Shown: positions 29,796 to 43,513, counted from the stretch's first letter. The stretch: 64,000 nt of DNA from Cetorhinus maximus (GCF_964194155.1 NC_135890.1:17918001-17982000), one strand, 5' to 3'. Notes: generated by a model not told the origin, from the letters alone. Program-made: numbers and translations.

Positions 29796-31392
29796 TTTTA
29801 AAAATGAGCCACACGGTTGGGAACAAGGTACTAGTTTCAATCCCAGGTCTGTGCTGAGTTCTCCATTGGCTCAGCGTTAGGAGCACAACAGATAGGCTTG
29901 GGAAGACTGGCCAGATTTCTTGGCCCTGATGACTATTCAGTGACTACCACGCCCACTCTTGGTAATTTATATGCACAGTCTTTGGGAGAGGGAAGAGCTC
30001 AGCATGGCTGTGATGAGTTCATAGTAAAATAGCCCGTGGACACTCAATGTCTCAGCAAATGCTTGCATGAGGTGTTGAATAGCCACTGATACTTGTGGAA
30101 GGGTCTCCAGGAGAGAGTCAATGTTGTGACAGAAGGAGGGAGAATGGCAAATTTAAATTAAAAACTGGCCGTGGGGCAGTTATGGAGGAGCCAAAGTTAA
30201 AAATCAGAGGTTATGTCACAGAAACGGGATCTTCAATATGATTTAATAATACCCTGATCACCACTGGGCCTGGGAACACCCTAATTACAGGTTTAGGATT
30301 CCTTTATTGAAATGAATATACCTTGTAAAATGATTTTCATTGCTTCCTTGTTCCTTGGTTTCCTTCCAAGTCACTGCTATTCTGGTGAAAGGGGGTAGTC
30401 GATGACCTGCTTGCTCCCAGTCAAAGCCACTGAACAATTAACACCAATATAAATACAGTGCATTACATTTGGTACAAAGGCTGTATAACGCCATAGGATT
30501 AGCAACAGGAAGCTATTCAGACCCTTGAGCCTGTTCTGCAATTCAATTAGATCATAGCTGATCTGTACCTCAACTCCATCGGCCTGCCTTTGATTCATAT
30601 CTATTGATGCCTTTCCCAACAAAAATCTACTGATATCAAGGTTTGAAAATTATCAATTGACCGTCAGGGGGAGAGTGTTCCAGATTTCCTCCCTCAGCTT
30701 CTAACACGGTATCACATCAACCATTTTAAATAGAATAAATGAAAATAAATGGAAGCTGCATTTATAAATCACCTTTCACATTCTCAAGAATCTCAAACTG
30801 CTTCACAAGTTAGGGACCACTTGTGAAGTGTAGTCACTGTTGTTACTTAGGGTAATTTTGCAGACAATCTAAACATCATGAACAAATTAGATAAATGATC
30901 GCTGAACCTTTCTTGGTGCTGGTGTCTGACGGAGGAATGTTGGCCAGGACACCAGGAGAACTCCTTTGTTCTTTGACCAGTGCCATGGATCCTTTATATC
31001 CACCTGGTTCTTTTTAACTATAGTTGCCTGGGGTGAGACACAGCTTACCTCTTTCAGCTATCTGGACAGTCTGTGTCCTGTTTTGTTGCGAGCTAGATAA
31101 CATTACAGTGACAGTGTAGCACATCCCTGGTATATGTCCCCACCACTGGTGTACTGACAAAATATAATCAATTTTGTTCTTTTTTACACCCTATCCACCG
31201 TTTCCAAAATATCAGGTGGCACCCAGACATAATGGGATTGTACCCAGGCTGTCTTCAGATGAGGCAATTAGAGTCAAATGAACTCTCAAGATTTAGCCCA
31301 GAATGAGAAAGAGAGAGGATTTTTCCTCCCAACTGTGATGTATTAAAATATTAAATATTTATTTCTCTACATATGTCTTTTTTCTTTCTTGC

Positions 31393-31398
31393 TTTATT
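31393..31398 (-). terminator. Candidate SMKR1 polyadenylation signal
   Basis: AATAAA on the minus strand about 12 nt after the stop; a second copy near 31358. Confidence 0.45.
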
Positions 31399-31410
31399 TA
31401 TTTAGCCAAT

Positions 31411-32002
31411 TCATCGCCGTCCTTTCTTCTTTGGACCACCAGGCCAGGCAAAGCCTCGAAAGGTTAGGCTGTCGGTGGCATTGTGAGAGATGTAGTACAG
31501 GTTGAACATGGCTGCCGGGCTCAGAATATCCACCTCAGTTTCTTTCTCCTTCTTGTCCTTTTTCTTCTTCTTCCTGCCGCCCTTTCCCTTCTTACCGCCC
31601 TTTCCCTTCTTGCCGCCGGCACTTTGGGCCTTTCCCTTTGGCTTGCGGCTTTTGGAGAGCTGCAACAGAAGCAGACAAGCTCAGCTTCACTCCAACCAAA
31701 TGGTCACTCACAACGAGAGGTGCCTAATGGCAAGGGTCCCAACACCTGCACCCCAAAAGAAACTGATAGCTGGTGGCACTCTCCTGGCCCCCCCCCACCC
31801 CACCATTGAGCAACAGAATCAGTGTCACTGGCCTTCCACTGGTCAATCAAAGAGGTGGCAGACATTGGTCAAGTCATCCTTTCTCATCCCAGCAGAGGCA
31901 CAGGACTTAGTGATATGATAGGAAGGAAACTGATGGACAAAGCTTGCCCCCATCAATGTATAAACACCCTTAAAACAAAGAAGATGAATCAATACTTGCC
32001 AT
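31411..32002 (-). CDS. SMKR1: Small lysine-rich protein 1 (about 83 aa): main exon 31659-31411 plus probable ATG at 32002-32000
   Basis: K/G-rich N-terminus followed by [41 protein letters not shown], matching recalled human SMKR1 ([18 protein letters not shown]...RGFHWPG). Acceptor ttctgttgcag precedes 31659. Lies next to STRIP2 as in human. The start exon is less certain. Confidence 0.9.
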
Positions 32003-32384
32003 TGTGAAATTGTATGGATTGCAGGGGACGTAACTTCCTAGTGTTGTTCAAAGGCAACCATTTCCTAGATAAAAAGAGCAGTTGGACAGTAACCATTGAC
32101 ACAGCCAAAACCCAATAAATCCATCACTGACATTACCATAACAGCATTTTGCCAGTCACTGCCTCTACTTCAGCTCATCTGCTACTGAAACCTTCCTCTA
32201 TATTAACTTTAGACTTTATTACTCCAGTGGTCTCCAGGATGGTAATCCCACCCCCACCCCATGAGTTTCAACTCATTCAAAAAGCCCAAACCTTATTCCA
32301 CATATCAAGTCACATTTACCCATCATGCTGACCTCACTGGCCTACATCAACTCCTGGTCTCCCAAAGCCTCAAATTTAAAATAG

Positions 32385-33190
32385 CCACCATTGACCAGAA
32401 ACTTACCTCAACTGGCCATATAAATACAGTGGCTACAAGAGCAGGTCAGAGACTGGGAATTCTGAGGTGAGTAGCTCACCTCCTGACTCCCCAAAATCTG
32501 TCCACGACCAACAAGGCACAAGTCAGGAGTGTGATGGAATGCTCTCCGCTTGCCTGGATGAGTGCAGCTCCCACAACACCCAGGAAGCTCGACACCACCC
32601 AGGACAAAGCAGCCTGCTTGATTGGGACCCTATAAACATTCACTCCCTCCACCATCAACACACAGTGGCAGCAGTGTGTGCCATCTACAAGATGCACTGT
32701 AGAAACTCACCAAGGATTCTTTGACAGAACCTTCCAAACCCGCAAACTCTACCACCTAGAGGGGAAAGTGCAGCAGACACATGGGAACACCACCACTTGC
32801 AAGTTCCCCTCCAAGTCACACATCATCCTGACCTGGAAATGTATTGCCGTTCCTTCACTGTCACTGGGTCTAAATCTTGCAACTCCCTCCCTAACAGTAT
32901 TATGGGTGCACCTACACCACATGGATTGAGGTGTCAGCTGTGGCTCAGTTCATAGCACCCTCGCCTTTGAGTCAGAAGGTTGTGGGTTCATGTCCCACTC
33001 CCGGAAACCAAGAACTGTGAATGTACTCGAAAGAGTTACATGCGATCTGTTGATAACTCGAAAGAGTTACACCACATGGACTGCAGCAATTCATTAAGGT
33101 GGCTTATTACCACTTTCTCAAGGGTAACTAGGGATGGGCAATAAATGCTGGCCTAGCCAGCGACGCCCACATCCCATGAACAAATAAAAA
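32385..33190 (+). mobile_element. CR1 family A 3' fragment with an internal SINE-headed insertion
   Basis: HINTVATRAGQRLGILR and the family A 3' tail. Confidence 0.85.
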
Positions 33191-34239
33191 GAATCCATGT
33201 TAATGCTTCCAACAAGCCTCTCCCATCCTCTTCTAACTCCATCAACACATCCCTCTATTCTCTCCAACATGTTTATCTGGTTTTCCTTAAATGCATCTGG
33301 GCTACTCGCCTCAACTACTTACTGTGTAGTGAGTTTCACATTCTAACCACTCACTGGGTAAAGAGATTTCTCCTGAATTCTCTATCAAATTTCGTAGTTA
33401 CTGTCTTATATTAATGCTGCCCAGGGTCCCGTTGCTAAGTGGAAACATCATTTCTATATCATCGGGAATATTAATGCCAACCTGTGTATTACATTTTCAC
33501 ACATTCGCTGACCTGTATATCACCAGCAACCGTATTCGGTTTTTCTTTTTAACATTTACAGTCAAGAGCATTCGGTTTGTCGAATGCAAAAATTGCATGG
33601 ATATAAAACACTTACTGGATCTGCTTCACGGGGGTGGGGGGGCGGCGGTGGAAATGTCCAGGCTCAGGTCACAGGGGGAACCGAGACTAACAAAGAGGCA
33701 GCACCGACTGGGGAAGGGCTTCTTCAAAGTTGCAAGAACTTTGCTTGGTCTCAGAAAGTTTTTCCCCCCCCCCCCCCCCCTCTGCTTTCTCCTGAAGTTT
33801 GTCAGGAGCTGGTGAGTTTTCCCTGTGTCGGGATTTACTGATCTCTCCCACTGCCTGGAGTCTGAATCAGAGCTGAAATGATAAACTCTCGCTGTCCACT
33901 CAAGTCGAAACTAATTGTTGACAGACCGTCTCCTTAGAAACACTTAGTAATTGAGAGGTGCTATATACTGTATGTGAATGCGTGTGAGGATAAGCCCACT
34001 CCACAAACATTGAGAACCTTTGCTTCATTCTCAATTGTCGAATAGTGGATTAATCTCCCTTTAAGACCATGAAAAATGAAAGATAATAGAGGGTGCAGTT
34101 TAATCTCTGCGTGAGACAGAGCCTTCAGATTGCGTGTGGGGGTGAAAACATTCTGGATGCAACAAAACGAGGTCTTGCTCTGTTCTGCAGTGATTTCTCA
34201 ATGATGGAGTTCTCTGCAGTAACTACTCTATGCCTAGCC

Positions 34240-35245
34240 CGAAGGAAGATGGCCCTGTTTGTTGGAGGCCAATCATCTCAGCCCCAGGACATCACTGCAG
34301 GAGTTCCTTTCTCAGGGCAGTGTCCCAGGCCCAACCATCTTCAGATGCATCATTAATAACCTTCCCTCCATCACAAGGATAGAACTGGGGATATTTGATG
34401 ATTATTGCACAGAATTCAGCACCATTTGCAACTCCTCCGATACTGAGGCAGCCCTTGCCTGTGTGCAGCAAGACCAGGACAATATTGAGGCTTGGGCTGG
34501 TAAGTGGCAAGTAACATGCAAGCCACACAATGACCATCTGCCACAGGAGAGTTTCTAACAATCTCCCCACGATGCTCACTGCATTACCATTGCTGAATTC
34601 CCCCACCATCAACATCCAGGGGTTACCACTGTCTAGAAACATATCTGGACCAGCTAGATATATGCTGTGGTGACAAAAGCAGGTCAGAGGCTTGGAATTT
34701 TGTGGTAACTTGTCTTCTAACTCCCAAAGTCTGGCCTCCATTTACAAGGCACAAGTCAGGAGTGTGATGGAATACCTTCCATTTGCCTGGATGAGTGCAG
34801 CTCCAACTACACTCAAGAAGCTTGACAAGAAGCAGGACAAAGCAGCCTGCTTGAATGGCACCCCATTTACCACTTTAAACAGTCACTCCATCTACTACAG
34901 GGGCACAGTGGTGGCAGAGTGTACCATCTACAAGACACACTGCTGCAATACATCAAGTCTCCTTCGACAGCATCTTCCAAACCCAGAATCTCTACCAACT
35001 ATAAGGACAAGGGCAGCAGTCACATGGGAATACCATCACCTGCAAGTTTCTCTCCAAGCTACACACCATCTTGACTTGAAACTCCTTCACTGTCACTGGG
35101 TCAAAAATCTGGAGCTCCCTTCCTACCAGCACTGTGGGAGTATCTACACCACATGTAGCAACTCGCCACCACCTTCTCATGGGCAATTAAAGAAGGGCAA
35201 CAAATGCCGGCCTAGCCAGCAACGCTCATGTCCTATTAATTAATT
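34240..35245 (+). mobile_element. CR1 family A fragment
   Basis: QGSVPGPTIF...; IYKAQVRSVMEYLPFAWMSAAPTTLKKLD. Confidence 0.85.
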
Positions 35246-35279
35246 AAAAATCAACAGAGTTGTACTCTGCAGTAATTTC

Positions 35280-35850
35280 TTTATTCATTCAAGGGAAGGC
35301 CAGCATTTATTACTCATCCAATTACCCTCGAGGTGGTGCTGATGAGCTGCTACCTTGAACCGCTGCAGTTCATGTGATATAGGTACTCCCACAGTACTGT
35401 TAGGGAGGGGGTTCCAGGATATTGACCCATCAACAGTTAAATAGTGGCTGATATATTTCCACGTAAGGACGGTGTGAGACTTAAGAGGGGAACTCGTCGG
35501 TGGTGGTGTGCCCTTGTTCCTGCTGCCCTTGTCTTCCTAGGTGGTACAGGTTGTGGGTTTGGAAGGCGCTGCAAAAGGAGCCTTGCTGAGTTGTTGCAGC
35601 ATATATTACAGAATGCACTTGTTGTGCTGGTGATGGGAGGAGTGAATGCTTAAGTTGGCGGATGGAGTGCTCATGAAGTGGGCTGCCTTCATCCAGGAAA
35701 ATGCAGAGTATTCCATTCCACTCCTGATTTGTGTTTTCTCAATGATGCACAGGTTTTGAAAGTCAGATAATTTACTAGCAGCAGAATATCCAGCCTCTGA
35801 CCTGCTTTTGTCACAACAATATTAATAGAACTGGCCCAGTTACCTTTCTG
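35280..35850 (-). mobile_element. CR1 family A fragment, tail-to-tail with the previous copy
   Basis: Reverse-complement match to the family A 3' region. Confidence 0.8.
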
Positions 35851-38800
35851 GTGGAATCCAAACCAAGAATAAACTCTTTCAGGGAGCCAGTACAGACTTG
35901 ATAGGCCGAAAGGCCTCCTTCTGCACTGTAACAATACTGTGACACTGTGAAATTTCATGTGATAGCACTGTCAACGACACCTTCCAAAGCTTTATTGAAA
36001 TATTATAAAGCACTTTATTGAAATATCACTTCTTAATAGTGATTAGTCTGTGAAGGAATATTCTACAGTTGCTCGATGAATGAACACTCAATGGGGGAGT
36101 ACGCTGCAGCAATTGATTATAAATGGTCGTTGATTCTATCATGCCAGCAGTATTCAGAAGAAAAGTTTGTGTTGAGGAATGAAGGAGACTGTAATATAAT
36201 CTGTAAAGGCAGATGACATTTATACCATATTGGTTTGTAACCCTGTATCCATTACAGCCTTTTTAATTTATTCCCAACACGCACAGTAGTGGATAGGATG
36301 GTGGACCCGCCCTTCCTTAACCAAGCTTGCTTTGATGGTTTTTGTTTGCTACATAGGGATTTCATGAAGGACTATTAGCACCATACAACAAGTCCAGGGT
36401 CAGAGCATTTGGTTATTCTGTTAACAACAATGATCACTCAACAAAATCTAAGGCCACTGGCCAAAACCTCCCATGGAGGGATGAAATTCTGGCCCAGCGT
36501 CTGCACAGACTCTGAGAAAAACTACCTCCTGCATTAGAACCCAGGAGCAGTTGTACTGCACCATGGTACTGTTTGAAGAACAGGAATAATGTCCTTATGC
36601 CTAGCCAAAAGTGTTCAATCAATAGACACCAAAGCCCCTTTAATAACTGTCAACAACTTGCATTTATATAGTGCCTCTGAGGTAGTAAAACATGCCAGGA
36701 TGCTTCCCAAGAGCAATTATCAAACAAAATTTGATAAGCTTTGTCAAAGGAGGAAGTTTTAAGGAGCATCTTAAAGCAGGAGAGAAAGAGTTAGAGAGGT
36801 CATTTGCTGAATGCTATTTGTAGTGTTGCAAATATAAAATGGCAAATATATCTGCCTCCAGAATGACAGTCACCGCATTCCAAAATGTAATTCATTGTGT
36901 GAAACCCTTGGAGATGGGTGTAGGTGACAAGGTGCCAGTATCACCAACCAAGAACCTTGGCCACAAGTTTGAGTAAGAATGAAAGTTAGGCAGAAGTTGT
37001 CAACTTAAAAGACAATTGTTTGGTGACAAATGATCAGGGCCAGGCATTGAAATGAACTGTACGAACATGTGGAAAGGAAGCAATTAGATTTAGTGGTTTT
37101 AGGGGTAAGTACAGATCAAGGTGTTCAAATACTCTGAGAAAGAATGGAATCTATGCTGTGGACTAAAGGGAAATGTGTGGAAAATCACCAGCTAGGGCTG
37201 AAAAATAGAAATGTGAAGATGGATAAATGTGTTAATGATTTTCTTTTTCACCTTTAGTGATAAAATGTTTCCCTCTCAGATTAACTGAGTTGGCCTGTAT
37301 AAGTCAAGTTAACTAGGACGCCTAACAATATGAAAGATTACCTAGGAATGTTTTACAGGATAAATTTAACAGCCAATTACTGCCCTATCCATCTCCTCCC
37401 AATCATCAATAAAGTAATGCAGGGAGTTATCAATAGTGCCATCACATGAGCCAGTCTCCAATAATCTGCTCAGCAATGGTCCGTAGGTTCACCTAGAATC
37501 ATGCGACTTCAGACTTCCATCAAGGCCTTGATCGAGACATGGCTACAAGGGTCAACAGGAGCAGTGAAACTAACTGTCCTCAATATTAAGGCAGCATTTG
37601 GCTGAGAAGCCCCCAGCAAAACTGGGAGTCAGTGTGGTCAAGGGAGAAAATCCTTCAATGGCTGGAGTCATACCTCTCACAAAGATGGTTCTAGTTTGTG
37701 GAGGCCAATCTCAATCACATGACATCAATGCAAGGCCAGGATCAATAGGTAAGGATATCAGGGGATAGGGAGTTATGGCCGGTAAAATGTAGCTGAGATG
37801 CAACTCAACTATGATCTAATTGAATGGTGGAACAGGCAAGAGGAATTGAATGCCTGACTCCTGATCCTATGTAGAAGGTGAAAATTGAGATGCTGGGATT
37901 ATTTCCATTGGAGGAGAGAAGATTTTATTAAATTTCTTAAAACTATGAAAAGTTTTGATAGGGTGAATAGGGAAATAATTCTCTGGTTAGGATGGTCACT
38001 AGGTTGCAAAGCAAGGGGATCACAGGAATGCGATTCCATATGGAAAGGATATGACAGCAATCACTGCTTCTATTAAAGGGAAACTGAACACATATTTGAA
38101 GCAGGTGGAGAAAAAGCGCAATGAGTTTTGTATTGTTTTAGTACAAACACAATGGGCCAAATTACTTCCTTCCATAAGATAAACGTTATCAGGTTGTGTG
38201 CTATTGACATTGCTAGACATCTTTCAATCCCAAAATGCTTGCACTTCTGTTTCACACATCCAACCTGGCAGCACAGATTTTAAGCAAATCAAGATATTTT
38301 TCTCACTCCCCCCGCACCCCCCATACACCCTCTCCCCAGTATTTGACAGTTTGCATATTTATTTTCCACCTCATTGATTTTCATTCATTTATGTTACTGA
38401 ATTATGCAATAAATATCTCTATAATCTGCACACCTACCGCTTCCCAGCCAACCACGCCACCTGGATTTTGGCTCCAGAACAGCTGGTCAGGAAGGCCCTA
38501 CAGGTAGACCCTTCAGCTAATGCATTATCTGCTGTGACATCATGAATAGGGATAGTGCATCGTGGGCAACACACACTACTCATGTCATCACAGCAGAGTG
38601 AGGCTTACAGAATATGGCTGACATGGGTTAATAAAGGGGAACAGAGGCTTCTCCAGAATAACTGGCCTGATAAGAGCTCTTTACAATTGTAAAAGGGTTG
38701 ATGTAAAACGCTTTCTGTATGTCTACCCTTTCTGGGGGAAGTCCAAAACCACGAAGCCATAAATAGAAGACAGTCGATAAATTCAATAGGGAATTCAGGA

Positions 38801-40329
38801 GAAATGACAAACTCACAAACACAAGGAGTGGTTGAGAATAGTATAGGTGCATTTAAGGGGAAGCTAGGATTAACACTTGTTGAAGGAAGTAATAGAAGAT
38901 ATGTGCTGATAGAACAGCACAACTAAATGCAGCATAATCAACTGCATCGACCAGAATGGCCTGTTACTACTGTGGCAAAAAGTACAACTGCATATTATTC
39001 CTTTCATGATGTTAAGGAATATGGTGAATGTATTAGACTGCACACTGCCTTTACACACAGCACTTGTAACATCTTTATTTGAAAGCTATCTTCCCCTCCC
39101 CCCATATCAATACACTTAACTACAACTCCATTACTTACACCAAGTGGTCCAAAAAAATTAATCCAAAGGTAAACCTTCATAATTCTTGGTTAGGCCCCAG
39201 CTAGGGAATGGTGTCCATTTCTGGGCGCCACACAATAGGAAAGATGTCAAGGTGAGAATGTAGAGATTTACTAGAATGGTAGCAGGGTTGTAGAACTTAA
39301 TTTATGTGGAATTGCTGGATTGTTCTCCTTGGAGCAGGGAAGTCAAGTGGAGGTTTAACAGAAGTGTTCAAAATCGCCAAGGGCTTTGCTAGAGTAAATG
39401 AAAAGAAGCTTTCCACTGATTGGGGAGGGGATTCAGAGGGTGTTTGGGGGGTGAATAGAGAACATGGATTTAAGATAAATGTCAAAAAAAAACTGTAGTG
39501 GGAGGAGAATTTTTTTTAAGCCGTGGGATACGATGATCTAGATTTCAGTGCTGATAAGATGGTGGAAGCAGGTTCAATAGTAACTTAAAGGGGATTGGAT
39601 AATTACTTGAAGAGGAAAGGTTTACAGAGCAACGTGGAAAGAGCAGGGGAGTAGGACTAATTAGCTCATTTAAAGAAACAGGCAAGATGAGCCAAATGGT
39701 CTCCTTCTGTGTTGCATAATCCAATGATGTTTACCAATCCTTTGGGCAGCAATATGGGGACACCACTGTTCCCAGTCACAATGGAGATGATGGGAGAATT
39801 AGCCAGTTGATCAATTCTGGAAACTGCACTGTAGTGAGCGACTGGATTGATTTTACACACACAATTTATATCATGCCACTATTCCCCACTCACTGCATTT
39901 TTCTGGAGAAACCAGGCTGTTTTTATCAGAAGTTGCTGCCGTTCAAATTCTGAGTTTTGATTCTTCCAGTTTGTAAATACTCATTTAAAGTAGACTCTGT
40001 AGGCTGTTAGCTGTTTACATAGACTCTTTGCTGAATAAATGCACTTTTGTCTGCTGTGAAATATTGGGATGTAACTTCTGAGCTCTAGGGCAGTGTATCT
40101 GGGGGGTACCCCCACCCAACCCTGAATTTCCCAGATAAGGATTGCATGACAATTACCCAGGAAGTTCAAACTTCCAATGGGCAATAATTGCCCTGCACTG
40201 GGAAACATCTGAAAATGTGATTTAAATTGCAAACTTTGGATGGTTCCGACTATCTTGCAGTAATAGTTACCTAGAAAAAGTTAGAAGAATTAAAACCACT
40301 TCTAGCTTCTGGGTTAACTATTGCACTGA

Positions 40330-41085
40330 CCTCCCCTGACCAACCCCCCACACCAATCAACCCCCACAGGACTCCATCAACCTCTCCCAACCCCACCCAG
40401 GACTACCCCATGGGACTAACACCATGCCCCTGATCTCCCAGGACTAGCCTCCTAACCCCAAACTGGACTCCCCCCAACCTGCCCAATACACCCCGACTGC
40501 CCTCCCCAACCCACCTCTCAGGCATAACTCCTGAACCCAGGTCTGACTCCCAACCCACACAACCCCATTCAACACCCTGCTCCCCCACCACCACCTCCCT
40601 AGTCCTGACTCCTGATTCTCCCCACCCCCCACAGGCCCGACTCCCGACCCTTTGCTCCCTCCCCAGGCCCGACTCCCAACCCTCTTCCCCCTACTCCGAG
40701 GCCCGAAACCCTCCCCCCACTCCCCAGGCCCGATTCTCAATCCTCCCCCACACCATGCTCAACTCCCTCCACCCCGCCCAACCCCAGCCCCGACTCCCGA
40801 CTACATCCGTCCCCCGCCGGCCAGACTCCTGACTCACCACCCCACTCCTCCCCAGCCCCGACTCACCACCACCCCCCAGGCCCAACTCCTGACTCTCCAC
40901 CAACCCCCAGGCCTGACTCATGACACCTCCCACTCCCCTAGGCCTGACTCACGGCTCCTCCCACCCCTTCCCCAGGCCCAACTCACCCCCACCCGGCTAC
41001 CCAGGCCTGAGTCACGACTCCCTGAAACCTATCCCCGACCTCCCAACAAAAACCCCTCCTCCACCCCCCACCACCCCCAAAAAAA
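40330..41085. repeat. C-rich degenerate tandem repeat
   Basis: Recurring cccaggcc(c/t)(g/a)actcc separated by C-runs. Confidence 0.75.
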
Positions 41086-41994
41086 CCTACCCACTTACTT
41101 TATACACTTATCTTCTCTCTGGCTTGTTAAAGACCTTTAAACTTGGCTGGACTTTTCAGCTTACGTAGTTGACAGCAGCTAGCGCCATAAAATTATCTAC
41201 CTTTGACTGAGCTGCCCTCAATTGTATGCCCTGGGAGCAAGCTGCACTACATAGATCTCGCCTGGCTGGAGTTGGAAGGTCGGGCAAGATAGGATCGCCT
41301 GGATTTCCAGGTCAGTCATTTTGAGCGGAGTGGCAACCCAACTCAATTGCCACTCCATCGGATGTCCCTGCCCATCTCAAACTCATTGGTTGACGCAATG
41401 GTGTCAGCCTGAACTCGGTGGTAACACTCTCGCACCTAAGCCAGAAGGTCGTGGGTTCAAGTCCCGTTCCAGAGACGTGAGCACAGAATCTATGCTGAGA
41501 CCCCAGTGTTGTACCGAGGGAGAGCCGCAGTCTTTTGGACGGGACATTAAACCAAAGCCCTGATTGCATTCTCAGGTAGTGAGGTGGCAGCTTCAGCTAA
41601 GATGCAAACTTAACAATTGTGCTACAGGTCCCACACATGAGTAGTGCTGCTTGGACCAGCCTGGCCCACAACTTATTGCACAATTTAAATACATCAGCAA
41701 CACAAAAAAAACACTTTTATATGAAGCCACCAGCACAATTCGGCTAAGGTTCCCAGACATTAACTAAAAGCACTTTAGCATCGTGCGCTTCACTGTGTCT
41801 CAACATTTCACTGTCTTGTGTGTCATTGTGACTAACACTACTGGGGATCCACAATTTAATATAAGCAGCAGCACATCCCACGACAGGACAAGAGCACAAA
41901 ATTCTGCAGTTAAAACCCTCCAAACCTCCAATCCAGAGAACTTTCCAGCACAGGAGGAGGCCATTCAATCCATCAGATTGGCACTTTTTTTTTT

Positions 41995-42946
41995 CTATTC
42001 ATTCACAGGATGTGGGCTTCGCTGGCTGGGCCAACATTTATTGTCCATCCCTAATTGCCCTTGAGAAGGTGGTGGTGAGCTGCCTTCTTGAACCGCTGCA
42101 GTCCCTGTGGTATAGGTACACCGCACAGTGCGGTTAGGGAGGGAGTTCCAGGATTTTGACCCAGCAATAGTAAGGGAACGGTGATATATTTCCAAGGCAG
42201 GATAGTGAGTGGCTTGGAGGGGAACTTCCAGGTGGTGGTGTTTCCATCTATCTGCTGCCTTGTCCTTCTAGATGGTAGTTGTCATGGATTTGGCAGGTGC
42301 TATCTAAGGAGCCTTGGTGAGTTCCTGCAGTGCATCTTGTAGATGGTACACACTGCTACCACTGTGCGTCAGTGGTGGAGGGAGTGAATGTTTGTGGATG
42401 GGGTGCCAATCAAGTGGGCTGCTTTGTCCTGGACGGTGTCAAACTTCTTGAGTATTGTCGGAGCTGCACTCATCCAGGCAAGTGGGGAGTATTCCATCAC
42501 ATTCCTGACTTGTGCCTTGTAGATGATGGACAGGCTTTGGGGAGTCAGGAGGTGAGTTACTTGCTGTAGGATTCCTAGTCTCTGACCTGCTCTTGTAACC
42601 ACAGTATTTATATGGCTAGTCCAGTTCAGTTTCTGGTCAACGGTAACCCCCAGGATGTTGATAGTGGGAGATTCAGTGATGGTAATGCCATTGAACGTCG
42701 AGGGGCGATGGTTAGATTCTCTCTTGTTGGAGATGTTCATTGCCTGACACTTGTGTGGCGTGAATGTTACTTGCCACTTGTCAGGCCAAGCCTGAATATT
42801 GTCCAGGTCTTGCTGCATTTGGACATGGACTGCTTCAGTATCTGAGGAACCATGAATGATGCTGAACATTGTGCAATCATCAGTGAACATCCCCACTTCT
42901 GACCGTATGATAGAAGGAAGGTCATTGACAAAGCAGCTGAAGATGG
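41995..42946 (-). mobile_element. CR1 family A fragment (best preserved)
   Basis: ORF 42369-43043 contains FVNDLPSIIRSEVGMFTDDCT (RT FADD-motif region) through WQVTF..LGVTVDQKLNWTSHI. Confidence 0.9.
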
Positions 42947-43513
42947 TCACAGTGCACTTTGAATGAAAATCACCTTGAAGTAAACACCTTTCCGTTTTTC
43001 TGTAAAAGAGGTGGGGGCGGTGTGGGGGGAAGAGGTGGTGCAATGCTTTTCCTGCCTTTGCACATTTAATGCATCAGTAGGACATGAAGTGAACCCAGTG
43101 CCCTCCCTGTACCAATGCAATAAACACTGCATTACTCAAGTCTACAACAGTAAAACGTGCGTCGAGCTCCATTCAGTTCCTGATCTGTCAATTCAAGTGG
43201 GCGGGTGGGAAAATCCCGTCTGAATGGCCCCTATGTCCTGGTCCAGACGGCTGTAAGTGACTGACTCCAGAATGAGATGTGGGTGCACCCACTCAGTCAC
43301 CACAGACCCTTGGGTGGTAGTGTGCAGGGGCTGGGGCTGGGCCGGTGGGGGGCGAGGAGGGTGGAATAAATGAAGCTGCAAAATCACCACCCCCGTGAAA
43401 TGAGGTTAAAAACCAAACACCAAATAACTGCTGAGATGGGTTTTTCATTGAAAAAAAGTCTTTTGAAGACAGGTCATTATAGGAGCACCAGCTCGAGAGG
43501 TGAGCTGACCTCA

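Noticed and set aside
38420-38503. Protein-like frame LYNLHTYRFPANHATWILAPEQLVRKALQ ending at a GT
   Set aside because: In-frame stop upstream with no AG acceptor in between; no recognisable homolog
40403-41168. Long Pro-rich and Gly-rich ORFs
   Set aside because: Products of a low-complexity C-rich repeat; no splice or homology support
42369-43043. Functional reverse transcriptase gene
   Set aside because: 5'-truncated CR1 remnant with an altered catalytic motif (FTDD) and no N-terminal RT or endonuclease
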